From contig CAWHAA010000005.1 of NCBI GenBank assembly GCA_963827275.1, forward strand, positions 96,001 to 160,000: DNA of 64,000 nt, in the 5' to 3' direction. Source of the stretch: an uncultured Spirochaetota bacterium. Lineage in GTDB: Bacteria > Spirochaetota > UBA4802 > UBA5550. The stretch's first letter is position 1; each line of letters opens with the position of its first letter. Shown here piece after piece: positions 63,496-64,000 of the stretch. Under the pieces are notes generated by a model. It saw only the letters and a list, made by a program, of their open reading frames with translations, had not been told where the DNA came from and did not search any database. Made by a program: the position numbers and the translations under genes.

Positions 63496-64000
63496 TCATG
63501 GCAGGTAATAATATCCAACGCCGCTGTCCGCGCCGGTGAGCCTGGGACGGAAGTCATATTCAGCGTTGTACGGATCACCCGTGTCCTGGCCGTAGATCGC
63601 GTGGAGGGCGTTTTGACGCCCGGCGCCGGCGTTGTATTCCCACCCGGGAGGGGCGGCGATGCCGCCGACGGACACGACGTCGCGGAACCACTTTATGTTG
63701 TCCACAAAGCTCTCGTTCGCGAACTCGGCCGTATAGTTCCTCCAGACGAAAACTCCGTTATAATAAACATACAGCCGTGCGCCGGCGGCATAGGTGGAGC
63801 ACTGCATGCCGAACGAGGGGGCGGTCTGCTGGCCGAGCGAAGCCGGCAGCGGGCTGGACGCGCTCAGCACCTCGGCGCCGTTGACATAGAGGATGACCGT
63901 CTTGCCGGGCCCGGGCGTGCCATCGGCAATCCCGTCAGCGTCCCATATGATATAGAAGTGATACCATTGGCCGCTTTTTCCGATGACGACCGGACCTCCC
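63496..64000 (-). CDS. C-terminus of a LamG/concanavalin-like secreted protein (runs off the right edge)
   Basis: GQWYHFYIIWD...VILYVNG pattern; frame open to the window edge. Confidence 0.6.
   Translation of the reverse strand, partial: GGPVVIGKSGQWYHFYIIWDADGIADGTPGPGKTVILYVNGAEVLSASSPLPASLGQQTAPSFGMQCSTYAAGARLYVYYNGVFVWRNYTAEFANESFVDNIKWFRDVVSVGGIAAPPGWEYNAGAGRQNALHAIYGQDTGDPYNAEYDFRPRLTGADSGVGYYYLP

Overview
GC-rich bacterial chromosome segment, probably from an anaerobic diderm. The gene set and order suggest a Leptospira-related spirochaete; this is inference only. The housekeeping backbone is secF-secD-(orf)-yajC, L,D-transpeptidase-skp-bamA, metK-secG-tpiA-gap, queH, ECF sigma/anti-sigma, tyrS, fdhD, CIRCE-controlled hrcA-grpE-dnaK-dnaJ, radical SAM/rsmA, GSIII glnA, exbB-exbD-tonB and hydantoinase/HDAC. 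A nitrite/nitrosative-stress region (15.6-26.5 kb) holds nrfHA, a ygbA-like gene, a 4Fe-4S protein, a cupin, DUF438-PAS and a Crp/Fnr (HcpR-like) regulator. Two TTGAY-N4-GTCAA boxes sit at the class II (-41.5) position in that region. The most unusual structure is an AT-richer island at about 48.4-52.4 kb, where unrelated cargo genes are separated by three same-orientation copies of a roughly 127-bp non-coding repeat with internal inverted ends, giving a cassette-like array. Other oddities are a SecF with a triplicated periplasmic module, a UvrD lacking the 2B region, a PP2C with degenerate metal ligands, and a dispersed ACCGATAACWATCGGT palindrome. Many conserved genes (bamA, skp, metK and others) are frameshifted in clusters, most likely from long-read indel errors. 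No rRNA, tRNA, CRISPR array, integrase, transposase or reverse transcriptase was recognised.
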